From Eledone cirrhosa (taxonomy: Eukaryota), in NCBI GenBank assembly GCA_964016885.1, contig OZ024741.1:406472001-406536000 (forward strand): 64,000 bases of DNA. The letters are read 5' to 3'. This document shows, piece after piece, positions 52,620 through 64,000 of the stretch. The number at the start of each line of letters is the position of its first letter. The stretch's first letter is position 1. The notes under the pieces are model-generated. The model saw only the letters and a program-made list of their open reading frames with translations, searched no databases and was not told where the DNA came from. The position numbers were made by a program, and so were the translations under genes.

Positions 52620-53179
52620 ATATGTATATATGTATGTGTGTGTGTTTATGGGTGCGCGCGAGTGTGTGAGCGAGTGTGTTTGTGAATGTGTCTGTTGATT
52701 TTTGGCATATAGTTGAATAGTTTAAGAGAAATTTGAAGATAATTGTATGATATGCACTCAATATTTTGAATTTGTCTACAGAATTCTCTAAAACTTTGTC
52801 ACTTAGTAGAACCTTAAAGAATTTAGCTTTTAAAGAATCTCCCTTTCCTTTAAATCTATCTACCATGACTGACCCCCACTGATCTTATAGACACCTGTTA
52901 GCTTAAGAGAAACTTAATAATAAGGAGTGGCACCCCATCCTGAACCTGTTTATAGAATTCTTTCTGCCTTTGTTACTCTAAAAATAAAAATAAACTATAG
53001 CTTTGTAGAATTAGCTTTTAATGAATTCCCTTTTCTATCAACCAATGACGTACACCCATCCCACTCACCACCCTCTCCTACCACTTGTAGAGACCTATAA
53101 ATACCATACTTATTTTTTGATACCCAGATTCCTGATGATTTCTAAAGAATGAAACAGTTCTAGTCCTGTAGAATCTCAT
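52620..53179 (+). mobile_element. ~560-bp non-coding HHR-terminated element
   Basis: Inverted twin of 42253-42810. Confidence 0.85.
53126..53176 (+). ncRNA. Type I hammerhead ribozyme with complete helix III
   Basis: AGATTC-CTGATGA-T TTC TAAA GAA T-GAAA-CAG TTCTAGTC CTG-TA-GAATCT. Confidence 0.8.
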
Positions 53180-53200
53180 CTATATTAAAACTTTTATACT

Positions 53201-53336
53201 CTGCAATGTATTGAGTACCTTACTTACTTACAATGTATTGAGTACCATACCTTACTCCGGTTGAATCGGAGGTAAGTAAGGTACTCAATACACCTGCAAT
53301 GTATTGAGTACCTTACTTACCTCCGATTCAACCCGG
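53201..53336. repeat. 34-bp-arm hairpin (53259-53333) with two partial direct copies upstream
   Basis: GGTTGAATCGGAGGTAAGTAAGGTACTCAATACA-CCTGCAA-reverse complement; CAATGTATTGAGTACC occurs three times. Confidence 0.9.
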
Positions 53337-53342
53337 TATAAC

Positions 53343-53377
<35 letters not shown>

Positions 53378-53380
<3 letters not shown>

Positions 53381-56300
53381 TGGAATAAATGCTCTGAAAT
53401 AGCGATATATATGTGAATATAGACATAGAATATTCGAAAATATTCTGTATGTTTATAATAAACATTTTGAAGACCTAATCGCTATAGAATAGAATACGTC
53501 ACGTATTACAATTAGATTCTCGATAAAAGCAAGGGAAGTAATCTACGCGTTTCATTCTTGTTAGAAATCATCAGGACTACATATCCAGTGCTTTTATCGA
53601 GAATGACACAGCTAGAGACTTATAGAATACTTAGCTGTGTACAGGAACTGGTTTGAAAGAGCGGTTGCCGGTCCGGCAGAAATTAGAAATTGGAATAAAT
53701 GCTCTGAAATAGCGATATATATGTGAATATAGACATAGAATATTCGAAAATATTCTGTATGTTTATAATAAACATTTTGAAGACCTAATCGCTATAGAAT
53801 AGAATACGTCACGTATTACAATTAGATTCTCGATAAAAGCAAGGGAAGTAATCTACGCGTTTCATTCTTGTTAGAAATCATCAGGACTACATATCCAGTG
53901 CTTTTATCGAGAATGACACAGCTAGAGACTTATAGAATACTTAGCTGTGTACAGGAACTGGTTTGAAAGAGCGGTTGCCGGTCCGGCAGAAAGTCTCTAG
54001 CTGTGTCATTCTCGATAAAAGCACTGGATATGTAGTCCTGATGATTTCTAACAAGAATGAAACGCGTAGATTACTTCCCTTGCTTTTATCGAGAATCTAA
54101 TTGTAATACGTGACGTATTCTATTCTATAGCGATTAGGTCTTCAAAATGTTTATTATAAACATACAGAATATTTTCGAATATTCTATGTCTATATTCACA
54201 TATATATCGCTATTTCAGAGCATTTATTCCAATTTCTAATTTCTGCCGGACCGGCAACCGCTCTTTCAAACCAGTTCCTGTACACAGCTAAGTATTCTAT
54301 AAGTCTCTAGCTGTGTCATTCTCGATAAAAGCACTGGATATGTAGTCCTGATGATTTCTAACAAGAATGAAACGCGTAGATTACTTCCCTTGCTTTTATC
54401 GAGAATCTAATTGTAATACGTGACGTATTCTATTCTATAGCGATTAGGTCTTCAAAATGTTTATTATAAACATACAGAATATTTTCGAATATTCTATGTC
54501 TATATTCACATATATATCGCTATTTCAGAGCATTTATTCCAATTTCTAATTTCTGCCGGACCGGCAACCGCTCTTTCAAACCAGTTCCTGTACACAGCTA
54601 AGTATTCTATAAGTCTCTAGCTGTGTCATTCTCGATAAAAGCACTGGATATGTAGTCCTGATGATTTCTAACAAGAATGAAACGCGTAGATTACTTCCCT
54701 TGCTTTTATCGAGAATCTAATTGTAATACGTGACGTATTCTATTCTATAGCGATTAGGTCTTCAAAATGTTTATTATAAACATACAGAATATTTTCGAAT
54801 ATTCTATGTCTATATTCACATATATATCGCTATTTCAGAGCATTTATTCCAATTTCTAATTTCTGCCGGACCGGCAACCGCTCTTTCAAACCAGTTCCTG
54901 TACACAGCTAAGTATTCTATAAGTCTCTAGCTGTGTCATTCTCGATAAAAGCACTGGATATGTAGTCCTGATGATTTCTAACAAGAATGAAACGCGTAGA
55001 TTACTTCCCTTGCTTTTATCGAGAATCTAATTGTAATACGTGACGTATTCTATTCTATAGCGATTAGGTCTTCAAAATGTTTATTATAAACATACAGAAT
55101 ATTTTCGAATATTCTATGTCTATATTCACATATATATCGCTATTTCAGAGCATTTATTCCAATTTCTAATTTCTGCCGGACCGGCAACCGCTCTTTCAAA
55201 CCAGTTCCTGTACACAGCTAAGTATTCTATAAGTCTCTAGCTGTGTCATTCTCGATAAAAGCACTGGATATGTAGTCCTGATGATTTCTAACAAGAATGA
55301 AACGCGTAGATTACTTCCCTTGCTTTTATCGAGAATCTAATTGTAATACGTGACGTATTCTATTCTATAGCGATTAGGTCTTCAAAATGTTTATTATAAA
55401 CATACAGAATATTTTCGAATATTCTATGTCTATATTCACATATATATCGCTATTTCAGAGCATTTATTCCAATTTCTAATTTCTGCCGGACCGGCAACCG
55501 CTCTTTCAAACCAGTTCCTGTACACAGCTAAGTATTCTATAAGTCTCTAGCTGTGTCATTCTCGATAAAAGCACTGGATATGTAGTCCTGATGATTTCTA
55601 ACAAGAATGAAACGCGTAGATTACTTCCCTTGCTTTTATCGAGAATCTAATTGTAATACGTGACGTATTCTATTCTATAGCGATTAGGTCTTCAAAATGT
55701 TTATTATAAACATACAGAATATTTTCGAATATTCTATGTCTATATTCACATATATATCGCTATTTCAGAGCATTTATTCCAATTTCTAATTTCTGCCGGA
55801 CCGGCAACCGCTCTTTCAAACCAGTTCCTGTACACAGCTAAGTATTCTATAAGTCTCTAGCTGTGTCATTCTCGATAAAAGCACTGGATATGTAGTCCTG
55901 ATGATTTCTAACAAGAATGAAACGCGTAGATTACTTCCCTTGCTTTTATCGAGAATCTAATTGTAATACGTGACGTATTCTATTCTATAGCGATTAGGTC
56001 TTCAAAATGTTTATTATAAACATACAGAATATTTTCGAATATTCTATGTCTATATTCACATATATATCGCTATTTCAGAGCATTTATTCCAATTTCTAAT
56101 TTCTGCCGGACCGGCAACCGCTCTTTCAAACCAGTTCCTGTACACAGCTAAGTATTCTATAAGTCTCTAGCTGTGTCATTCTCGATAAAAGCACTGGATA
56201 TGTAGTCCTGATGATTTCTAACAAGAATGAAACGCGTAGATTACTTCCCTTGCTTTTATCGAGAATCTAATTGTAATACGTGACGTATTCTATTCTATAG

Positions 56301-56674
56301 CGATTAGGTCTTCAAAATGTTTATTATAAACATACAGAATATTTTCGAATATTCTATGTCTATATTCACATATATATCGCTATTTCAGAGCATTTATTCC
56401 AATTTCTAATTTCTGCCGGACCGGCAACCGCTCTTTCAAACCAGTTCCTGTACACAGCTAAGTATTCTATAAGTCTCTAGCTGTGTCATTCTCGATAAAA
56501 GCACTGGATATGTAGTCCTGATGATTTCTAACAAGAATGAAACGCGTAGATTACTTCCCTTGCTTTTATCGAGAATCTAATTGTAATACGTGACGTATTC
56601 TATTCTATAGCGATTAGGTCTTCAAAATGTTTATTATAAACATACAGAATATTTTCGAATATTCTATGTCTATA

Positions 56675-56678
<4 letters not shown>
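53378..56678. mobile_element. 310-bp HHR-containing tandem array (retrozyme-like): ~2 units on the minus strand, then ~8.7 units on the plus strand
   Basis: TGGAATAAAT at 53381 and 53691; AAGTCTCTAG at 53991, 54301, 54611, 54921, 55231, 55541, 55851, 56161 and 56471; one HHR per unit; (TA)n on both flanks. Confidence 0.9.
54008..54096 (+). ncRNA. Type I hammerhead ribozyme of the 310-bp unit (repeats every 310 bp, 9 copies +; cores at 53538-53580 and 53848-53890 -)
   Basis: ATTCTCGATAAAAGCA-CTGGATAT-GTAGTC-CTGATGA-T TTCT AACA AGAA T-GAAA-CGCG-TA-GATTAC-TTCCCT-TGCTTTTATCGAGAAT. Confidence 0.85.
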
Positions 56679-56719
<41 letters not shown>

Positions 56720-56721
<2 letters not shown>

Positions 56722-57190
56722 GGTGGCTGCCAACTCGTTTTCGAGTACGGCCACTACTTTATATCCATGTAGGAGAACCCCTACCGATACGCTAAACAAG
56801 TGTGACTTTTTAGTCCAGCCAGCGACTTGAAAACTCTGGTACAAACACTACACCTGTGACAATTATTGACACATAGTGCTGGGCCCATGGTACCATGTGA
56901 CGACAAGTGCAGAGAGATCTCCAGATATAAAGCAATGCCTGTGCCGTGAAGCTTTTATAGTGAGCAAAGGCACCGCACAAAGCCAGTCCCACTCTCTTAA
57001 CCAAGATGATATTTACCAAAAAGAAGAACAAGTCAACATCATTGGATACCATCAGGGTTGCAGGTGTTATATCAGAGTTTTCCTTCTCCTAGAATTCTGC
57101 CTTGGTCATCTAGGGGGTCATCTCTCCCGGATATATATATACATACATGCATACACACATATATATATACATGGTGGCTGCCAACTCGTT

Positions 57191-57222
<32 letters not shown>

Positions 57223-58305
57223 CATACATACATACATACATACATACATACATACATGGTGGCTGCCAACTCGTTTTCGAGTACGGCCACTACTTTATAT
57301 CCATGTAGGAGAACCCCTACCGATGCGCTGAACGACTATGACTTTTTAGTCCAGCCAGCGACTTGAAAACTCTGGTACAAACACTACACCTGTGACAATT
57401 ATTGACACATAGTGCTGGGCCCATGGTACCATGTGACGACAAGTGCAGAGAGATCTCCAGATATAAAGCAATGCCTGTGCCGTGAAGTGTTTATAGTGTC
57501 TAACGGCACTACACAAAGCCAGTCCCACTCTCTTAACCAAGATGATATTTACCAAAAAGAAGAACAAGTCAACATCATTGGATACCATCAGGGTTGCAGG
57601 TGTTATATCAGAGTTTTCCTTCTCCTAGAGTTCTGCCTTGACAAAGGCTAAGGGGTCATCTCTCCCGGTGATTTTGAATGGCATTGACTCTTAAGAGCTC
57701 CTTTTCCCTTTGACAGATTTTGTTTTTAGTCCTGCAGCATGTCCAAAGTCACCCTCCTCACCAAGAAACCTTGGTGGGGTTGCCAGTTTAGTCGCCAACG
57801 ACCCGACCATGAGACAGGTTGTACTGGGATACATGTTACCAGTAGCACCAACTGGTGACCTGACATACATACATACATACATACATACATACATACATAC
57901 ATACATGGTGGCTGCCAACTCGTTTTCGAGTATGGCCACTACTTTATATCCATGTAGGAGAACTCCTACCGATGCGCTGAACGAATGTGACTTTAGTCCA
58001 GCCAGCGACTTGAAAACTCTGGTAAAAACACTACACTTGTGACAATTATTGACACATAGTGCTAGGCCCATGGTACCATGTGACGACAAGTGCAGAGAGA
58101 TCTCCAGATATAAAGCAATGCCTGTGCCGTGAAGCTTTTATAGTGAGCAAAGGCACTGCACAAAGCCAGTCCCACTCTCTTAACCAAGATGATATTTACC
58201 AAAAAGAAGAACAAGTCAACATCATTGGAAACCATCAGAGTTGCAGGTGTTATATCAGAGTTTTCCTTCTCCTAGAATTCTGCCTTGACAAAGGCTAAGG
58301 GGTCA
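56720..58305 (-). mobile_element. Tandem cluster of bipartite RTE-derived elements (56720-57130, full-length 57256-57864, 57905-58305) separated by (CATA)n
   Basis: Three co-oriented copies plus a 22-bp 3'-end stub at ~57171. Confidence 0.88.
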
Positions 58306-58324
58306 TATACATACATATATATAC

Positions 58325-58377
<53 letters not shown>

Positions 58378-58444
58378 TCCTTAATATCCTTGATTTCATA
58401 TTTGTCCTTGCTCCCCTTTTTTCATTGTATTTGTATATAAACAA

Positions 58445-58715
58445 GTACAAGGAGAAAGAGAGAGCAATGAGAAAAGGAGAGCAAGGAGAGCAATGAGAAA
58501 AGGAAAGCAAGGTGAACAAGGAGAAAAGGAGAGCAAGGAGGGAAGGGGGAGCAAGGAGGGAAGGGAGAGGATGGATAAAATGAGAGCAGGGAGAGCAAGG
58601 GTAAAAGGAGAGCAAGGTGAGCAATGAGAAAAGGAGAGGAAGGAGAAAAGGAGAGCAAGGAGAAAAGGAGAGAAAGGAGTGCAAGGAGATAAGGAGAAAA
58701 GGAGAGCAAGGAGAG
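58445..58715. repeat. Purine-rich ~17-bp minisatellite (GAGAGCAAGGAGAAAAG-like)
   Basis: Direct reading. Confidence 0.75.
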
Positions 58716-58784
58716 GTTAAGGCAAATATTGCTCATGTTATGTTGGAAGCAGACAAATGTGAAGAAGAATATAATGGTAACAAA

Positions 58785-59676
58785 AATGACACCACTATTA
58801 CCACGGATATATACAATAAACACACAGACACCCATCAATATTTAAATTTTAAGTCGTGCCATTCACCTCATACAAAACGCAACATCCCATACTGCCTAGC
58901 CAGAAGAATTTGTACCATTGTAGAAGATACGAATACCAGGAATAAACGCCTAACAGAACTGACAGAATGTTTGCTCAAACAAAAATACCCATCTCTACTT
59001 ATAGAAAATGGCATACAGCGGGCTATAAAAACTTAGGACAACAACTTAGGACAACCCAAGGAAGAAAAAACCAAGAACTGGTCATACCATTTATAATGAC
59101 ACACAATCCATGTCACCAGAGTATCTTCAACACTGCCAAAGCAAACCTACCGATCATTGCTCAAAGTAATGAATTAAAAGGTTTAATCACAGACCGATCT
59201 TTGACTCTTAGTAAAAGACAGCCGAAAAATTTGAAGCAATTACTAATAAAGGCAAAGTTTGACCTTAACAACAAAGACCAATCATTCACTGTATCTAAAT
59301 GCAATGATAGTCGATGTGGCACATGTCAATCCATACACGCCGGTCAATATATGAACACAAACACTGGAAAAATATTCCCAAATGCAATATGAACTGCAAA
59401 AGCAGAAATCTGATTTACTGCATTAAATGCTCGAATTGTAAAGAACTATATGAACAAACTAGAAATGCACTATCGGAACGTGCACAGGTGCACCGACAGA
59501 AAACCAGAGACCCAAATGTCCGTCAGATACCCCTGAGTAACCATTTAGCAGCATGTGGTCAAAAAATATTTATAATATTTCCATTCTACAAATTACACAG
59601 CCCAAGTGAAATCAAGAGAAAATTTAAAGAAAAGAATTTTATTGATAAATTCCAACCCAAGCTAAATGAACAATAA
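58785..59676 (+). pseudogene. Neptune-like PLE 3' fragment (RT thumb, Cys-rich linker, GIY-YIG), frameshifted
   Basis: TDIYNKHTDTHQYLNFKSCH..HTKRNIPYCLARRI, KCNDSRCGTC and NCKSRNLIYCIKCSNC...H...HL across three frames. Confidence 0.8.
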
Positions 59677-60263
59677 TAATGCTTAGGGGTATTACTCCTA
59701 CTATGACTACGCCTACGACCATGTCGGCTACCACCACTAACAATAACAAACAATAATAATAAGAAAAGTGATGTTGATCGTGATGATTACTGAAGATGTA
59801 AAAAACATAGAAAATGCTATTTTCATCATTTCTAAAAATAGCAAAACAATTGATGCTTTGGATAGGGTCAAATAGAAGTCGTTAGACATGCTCAACCAAC
59901 CTTGACACCTAAACCAATCAGCTTTAGTAATCTAGTGAAACTACACACCGATTGGTCGAAATACAGTTTGCAAAACTTAGCATTCTGTAGCCCCTTTTTA
60001 CTGCATATAAGGCACAGAATTTACCCATCTCATTACAGTTGGAAATTGCAAACCTGACTGTCACCACTGAATATAAACCTGAATATTGTGGAAGCATGAA
60101 AATACTTGTTCAATCAACATTTAACATTTAATATTCTACCCTACTATTTCATTATAATATCATTATAATTTTAAAGGATTGTAAATAAAACGAGTAAATC
60201 AGACAAAGTTGGAATTCCTTTTATTAATATAATCTTCTATACACAATCATACACACCCGTGTA

Positions 60264-60462
<199 letters not shown>

Positions 60463-60784
60463 GAATATATGTACGAGTAAAATTTGTTTGTGTAGATAAG
60501 TGTACAAACAAAAATAAAACAAGTAAGATACCAAAGTATTATTCTCAACATGGTCCTTGAGGGTTACAGTAATAGTCCAATAAGAGGGATCAGAGTATAG
60601 TAGCCAGGTGGAAGATCATGGAGTAATAATATATTTAAATGTATGGGAAAAACAAAGACTAGGCGTGAAGTATAGAAAAGAAGTAAAGAATTTAATCAAA
60701 AGTTCGTTCTTTAACATATGTTTCAATACAATATAAGTTTACATAGTGCTGGTTCTATATTAATATTATTATTATTATGCCCAA

Positions 60785-60951
60785 GGGCGGTGGATTGGCA
60801 GTATCGGTAGAGGGTCGGATGCCATGCTTTGACGTATAGAGTTACGGCCCTTGCCATTCTGAGTTCAAATCCCGCCGAGGTTAACTTTGCCTTTCATCCT
60901 TACGGGGTCGATAAAATAAAGTACCAGTAATGCTCTGGGTAATTGCTGGCC
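60785..60951 (+). mobile_element. SINE family A inserted in a hammerhead stem II loop
   Basis: Full head and body, 3'-truncated at TGCTGGCC. Confidence 0.88.
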
Positions 60952-61306
60952 CATTCACTAGCAATATATGTAATATTGTATTTCATCAGAAAAATTTCAA
61001 AGTACGAGGTAAGTTTGTTGCATCTTGCAGTAAAAGATCATTTAAATATATTGCCAGTGAATAATAATATGGAGCCATCACTATGTAGACTTATATTGTA
61101 TTGAAACATATGTTAAAGAATGAACTTTTGATAACATTCTTCACTTCTTTTCTATATTTCATGCTAAGTGTTTGTTTTTCCTATACATTTAAATATATAT
61201 ATATGTATATATATATATATTTTTTTTTTCTCAGAAGATTCCGTTAAGGGTGAAAACACCGATTCTTTGCTTAAACAATCTGTTATTGTAATAAATATAT
61301 ATATAC

Positions 61307-61394
<88 letters not shown>

Positions 61395-61423
61395 TAATAA
61401 TAATATATATATATAGTAATAAT

Positions 61424-61522
<99 letters not shown>

Positions 61523-61852
61523 TACAATAACAGAGATAGCTTAAAGCTAAACTCTGACTGGTAACCATCTCACTCAACAAACATTAGGTTATATGTTAAT
61601 ATAAACCCAATTTAAGTGTTTGGGGTGCTAACTATATGTATTTTGTGGAGAGCCAGTTGTATTATTTTATGAGATATAATTAAAGTTAAAATATATCTCT
61701 CTTTCCAAACAATTGTTTCATTATAAGTTTTCTACAAATTAGGAGATTGTTTCCAGTTTATGCAGAAGCCTAACATATATTCATGTAAGAATATATTTAG
61801 GTGGGCCCTTATAAATCATCAGTGGAAGCCCATTAAACTTTGATATAAGAAA

Positions 61853-61866
61853 AAATTCTTACCGCA

Positions 61867-61928
<62 letters not shown>

Positions 61929-61942
61929 TGCGGTAAGAATTT
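61853..61942. repeat. Palindrome with (AT)n centre
   Basis: AAATTCTTACCGCAGAAT-(AT)n-ATTCTGCGGTAAGAATTT. Confidence 0.9.
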
Positions 61943-61954
61943 ATATATATATAC

Positions 61955-61991
<37 letters not shown>

Positions 61992-62171
61992 CATATATAT
62001 AGAGAGAGAGTGACGAAAATAACCCGAATAAGCCATTTATTCCATAATTAACGTTTTTTTTATTTTTATGTTTTTTTTAAATCTATTATACTTGGTTTAA
62101 TGTTTGACTTTTGTTGCTACCTGTACCTAATGTAGCGTCTTTATAGATGGGAGAAAAGACCAGCTAATGTT

Positions 62172-62385
62172 ATGTGTGTGTGTGACAGCTCACACCTATG
62201 TGTGTGTGTCTGTGTGACAGCCCACATCTATATGTGTGTGTGTGTGTGACAGCTCACACCTATGTGTGTGTGTGTGTGACAGCCCACATCTATGTGTGTG
62301 TTTGTGACAGCTCACACCTATGTGTGTGTGTGTGTGTGACAGCCCACACCTATGTGTGTGTGTATGTGTCACAGCCCACATCTAT
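62172..62385. repeat. ~30-bp minisatellite TATGTGTGTGTGTGTGACAGCYCACAYC
   Basis: About 7 units with variable (TG)n length. Confidence 0.85.
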
Positions 62386-62464
62386 GCAGGTTTAGCTGGC
62401 CTCCTCCAAGGTATATCTCGTTGGAGGTGTCTTGGGTGATTTAATGATAGGGGCCCCAGGCCTA

Positions 62465-62610
62465 TCATCTCATTTCTACAGCTGAGTAAACTGGAACAAC
62501 GTGAAATAAAGTGTCTTGCTCAGGGAAATAACACATCACCCGGCCCGAGAATTGAACTCACAACTTTTCAATTGCAAGCCCAATGCTCTAACCACTAAGC
62601 CAAGCGCCTG
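62465..62610 (-). mobile_element. SINE family B, 5' part
   Basis: Minus strand GGCGCTTGGCTTAGTGGTTAGAGC (box A), GAGTTCAATTC (box B) and CCTGAGCAAGACACTTTATTTCACGTTG core. Confidence 0.8.
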
Positions 62611-63017
62611 CTAGAAATAAAGATAAAATTAATAAACAATCCTAGACCTCCTACAGGGAAACTCCTTCTCTATTTTGTCCGCCGGGGCCGCCGGACGGCC
62701 AGCGCGTGGGCCTTTATTTGATTCTAAAAGTGAGAGATGGGGAGAGCGAGAGAGACTGGGGCCGTGACTCTACCATCTTTGCTGAAGTATCTTGTAGAGT
62801 TAAACAAAATCTTTGAGTACATGAAAGCTACGAAAAGATACAACAGAAACTTCTGTTTTAAGGCTTCCTTTGTTACCTAATTTCCTCTGATTTTTCATTT
62901 TCTTGCACAATCTGCCTCCCATTGACCTTTTTTTATTACCAACTGGAAGGAGTACTCGATACTTCACCCTAGTCTCTCATGGCTTACTAGTTCTATACGG
63001 ACGTTTAGATTGAATAA

Positions 63018-63464
63018 ATAATTTGCCGGTGTACAAGTCGACAATTTGAGCCTAAAAATATCCCTCCGAAACCAGGAGTCGACTTGTCCGCCGAATATAA
63101 AATGTTAACCTTTACCTCTGAGGGGTAAACAGTGAAACTGCCTGCCTAACACTCGCTGTACACTACTTACCATAACTCTAGCAGCCCACCACAATTATTT
63201 CCTACTGAATCTCATATTTTTTAAGTCTATTTAACGTAGAGATTATAATAATATTTTATTTTATAACTATTTAGTGTTTATTCCCATGTTTTATATTTTG
63301 TACAAATAAAGAATGGCAGGCACATCTAGGGCTGGGGAGATGGCACTGCCTTATCGTTGGAGGGGGGGGGTCGTCTTATTCGGCGAATATAAACCTAAAT
63401 TACACCTCAGAATTTTAGGAGTCGACCTATGCACTGGATCGATTTGTACGTTGGCATATACGGT
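63018..63464. mobile_element. Possible Tc2/pogo-like DNA transposon remnant
   Basis: Terminus ...ATATACGGTA with repeated subterminal GTCGAC-containing motifs (GTACAAGTCGAC, GTCGACTTGTCC, GTCGACCTATGC); family call from recollection. Confidence 0.4.
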
Positions 63465-63542
63465 AAATAAAATAACTACCACAATACTTATTCAGACACT
63501 CACTTCCATCATTCCCATCAATACCAATATATCAATGTTTAA

Positions 63543-63843
63543 TCAAATCCCGCCGAGGTTAACTTTGCCTTTCATCCTTACGGGTCGATAAAATAAAGTA
63601 CCAGTAATGCACTGGGATAATTGCTGGCCTTGTACCAAAAGTAGAAACAATTATCAGAGCGGTGGATTGGCAGTATCGGTAGAGGGTCAGACGCCATGCC
63701 TTGCAGCAAAGAGTTACGGCCCTTTATGGTCTGAGTTCAAACCCCGCCGAGGTTAACTTTGCCTTTCATCCTTACGGGGTCGATAAAATAAAGTACCAGT
63801 AATGCATTGGGATAATTGCCGGCCTTGTGTCAAAAGTAGAAAT
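63543..63843 (+). mobile_element. Two tandem SINE family A copies (63543-63653 truncated; 63658-63843)
   Basis: Body identity with the other family A copies. Confidence 0.88.
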
Positions 63844-64000
63844 AAAAAAATGTTTAATCATAGATGAAAGAACAAAACTGATCTGTGTAACTTCCAAACT
63901 ATTATGTAATCCACATCCGTATAAACATGTGATACGTGCAAAGTTTAACAACACAACACATTTTCAACCAAGATTTTATCGTCTGATTACTGATTCGATG

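Noticed and set aside
53378-56678. CRISPR array or coding repeat
   Set aside because: Units are identical with no spacers and no ORF of 60 aa or more within the unit.

Overview
Repeat-dominated eukaryotic DNA with no recognisable host protein-coding gene. The tRNA-derived SINE family and the (TA)n/(CA)n/(GA)n load suggest an octopod cephalopod, inferred from my recollection of Octopus SINE consensi and not searched. Contents: (1) a 70-bp satellite with a 21-unit higher-order period (1-4488); (2) many microsatellites, which account for most of the supplied ORFs; (3) two tRNA-SINE families; (4) fragments of R4/Dong-like, CRE-like, CR1-like, RTE-like and Tx1/L1-like LINEs; (5) a ~610-bp bipartite non-autonomous RTE derivative in at least 8 copies; (6) MITEs; (7) several Penelope-like elements (PLEs), one nearly intact (RT + GIY-YIG, identical pseudo-LTRs). 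The most striking signal is non-coding: more than 20 hammerhead-ribozyme (HHR) motifs read by eye. Eleven of them lie in a 310-bp tandem array (53378-56678) of seemingly identical units that flips orientation after two copies. This is the architecture expected of a retrozyme producing 310-nt circular RNA, probably mobilised by PLE RT. Other HHRs show unusual cores (U3:A8 covariation, U4C, U10.1-U11.1), and one is split by a SINE. All coordinates and folds were derived manually and may be off by a few bases.
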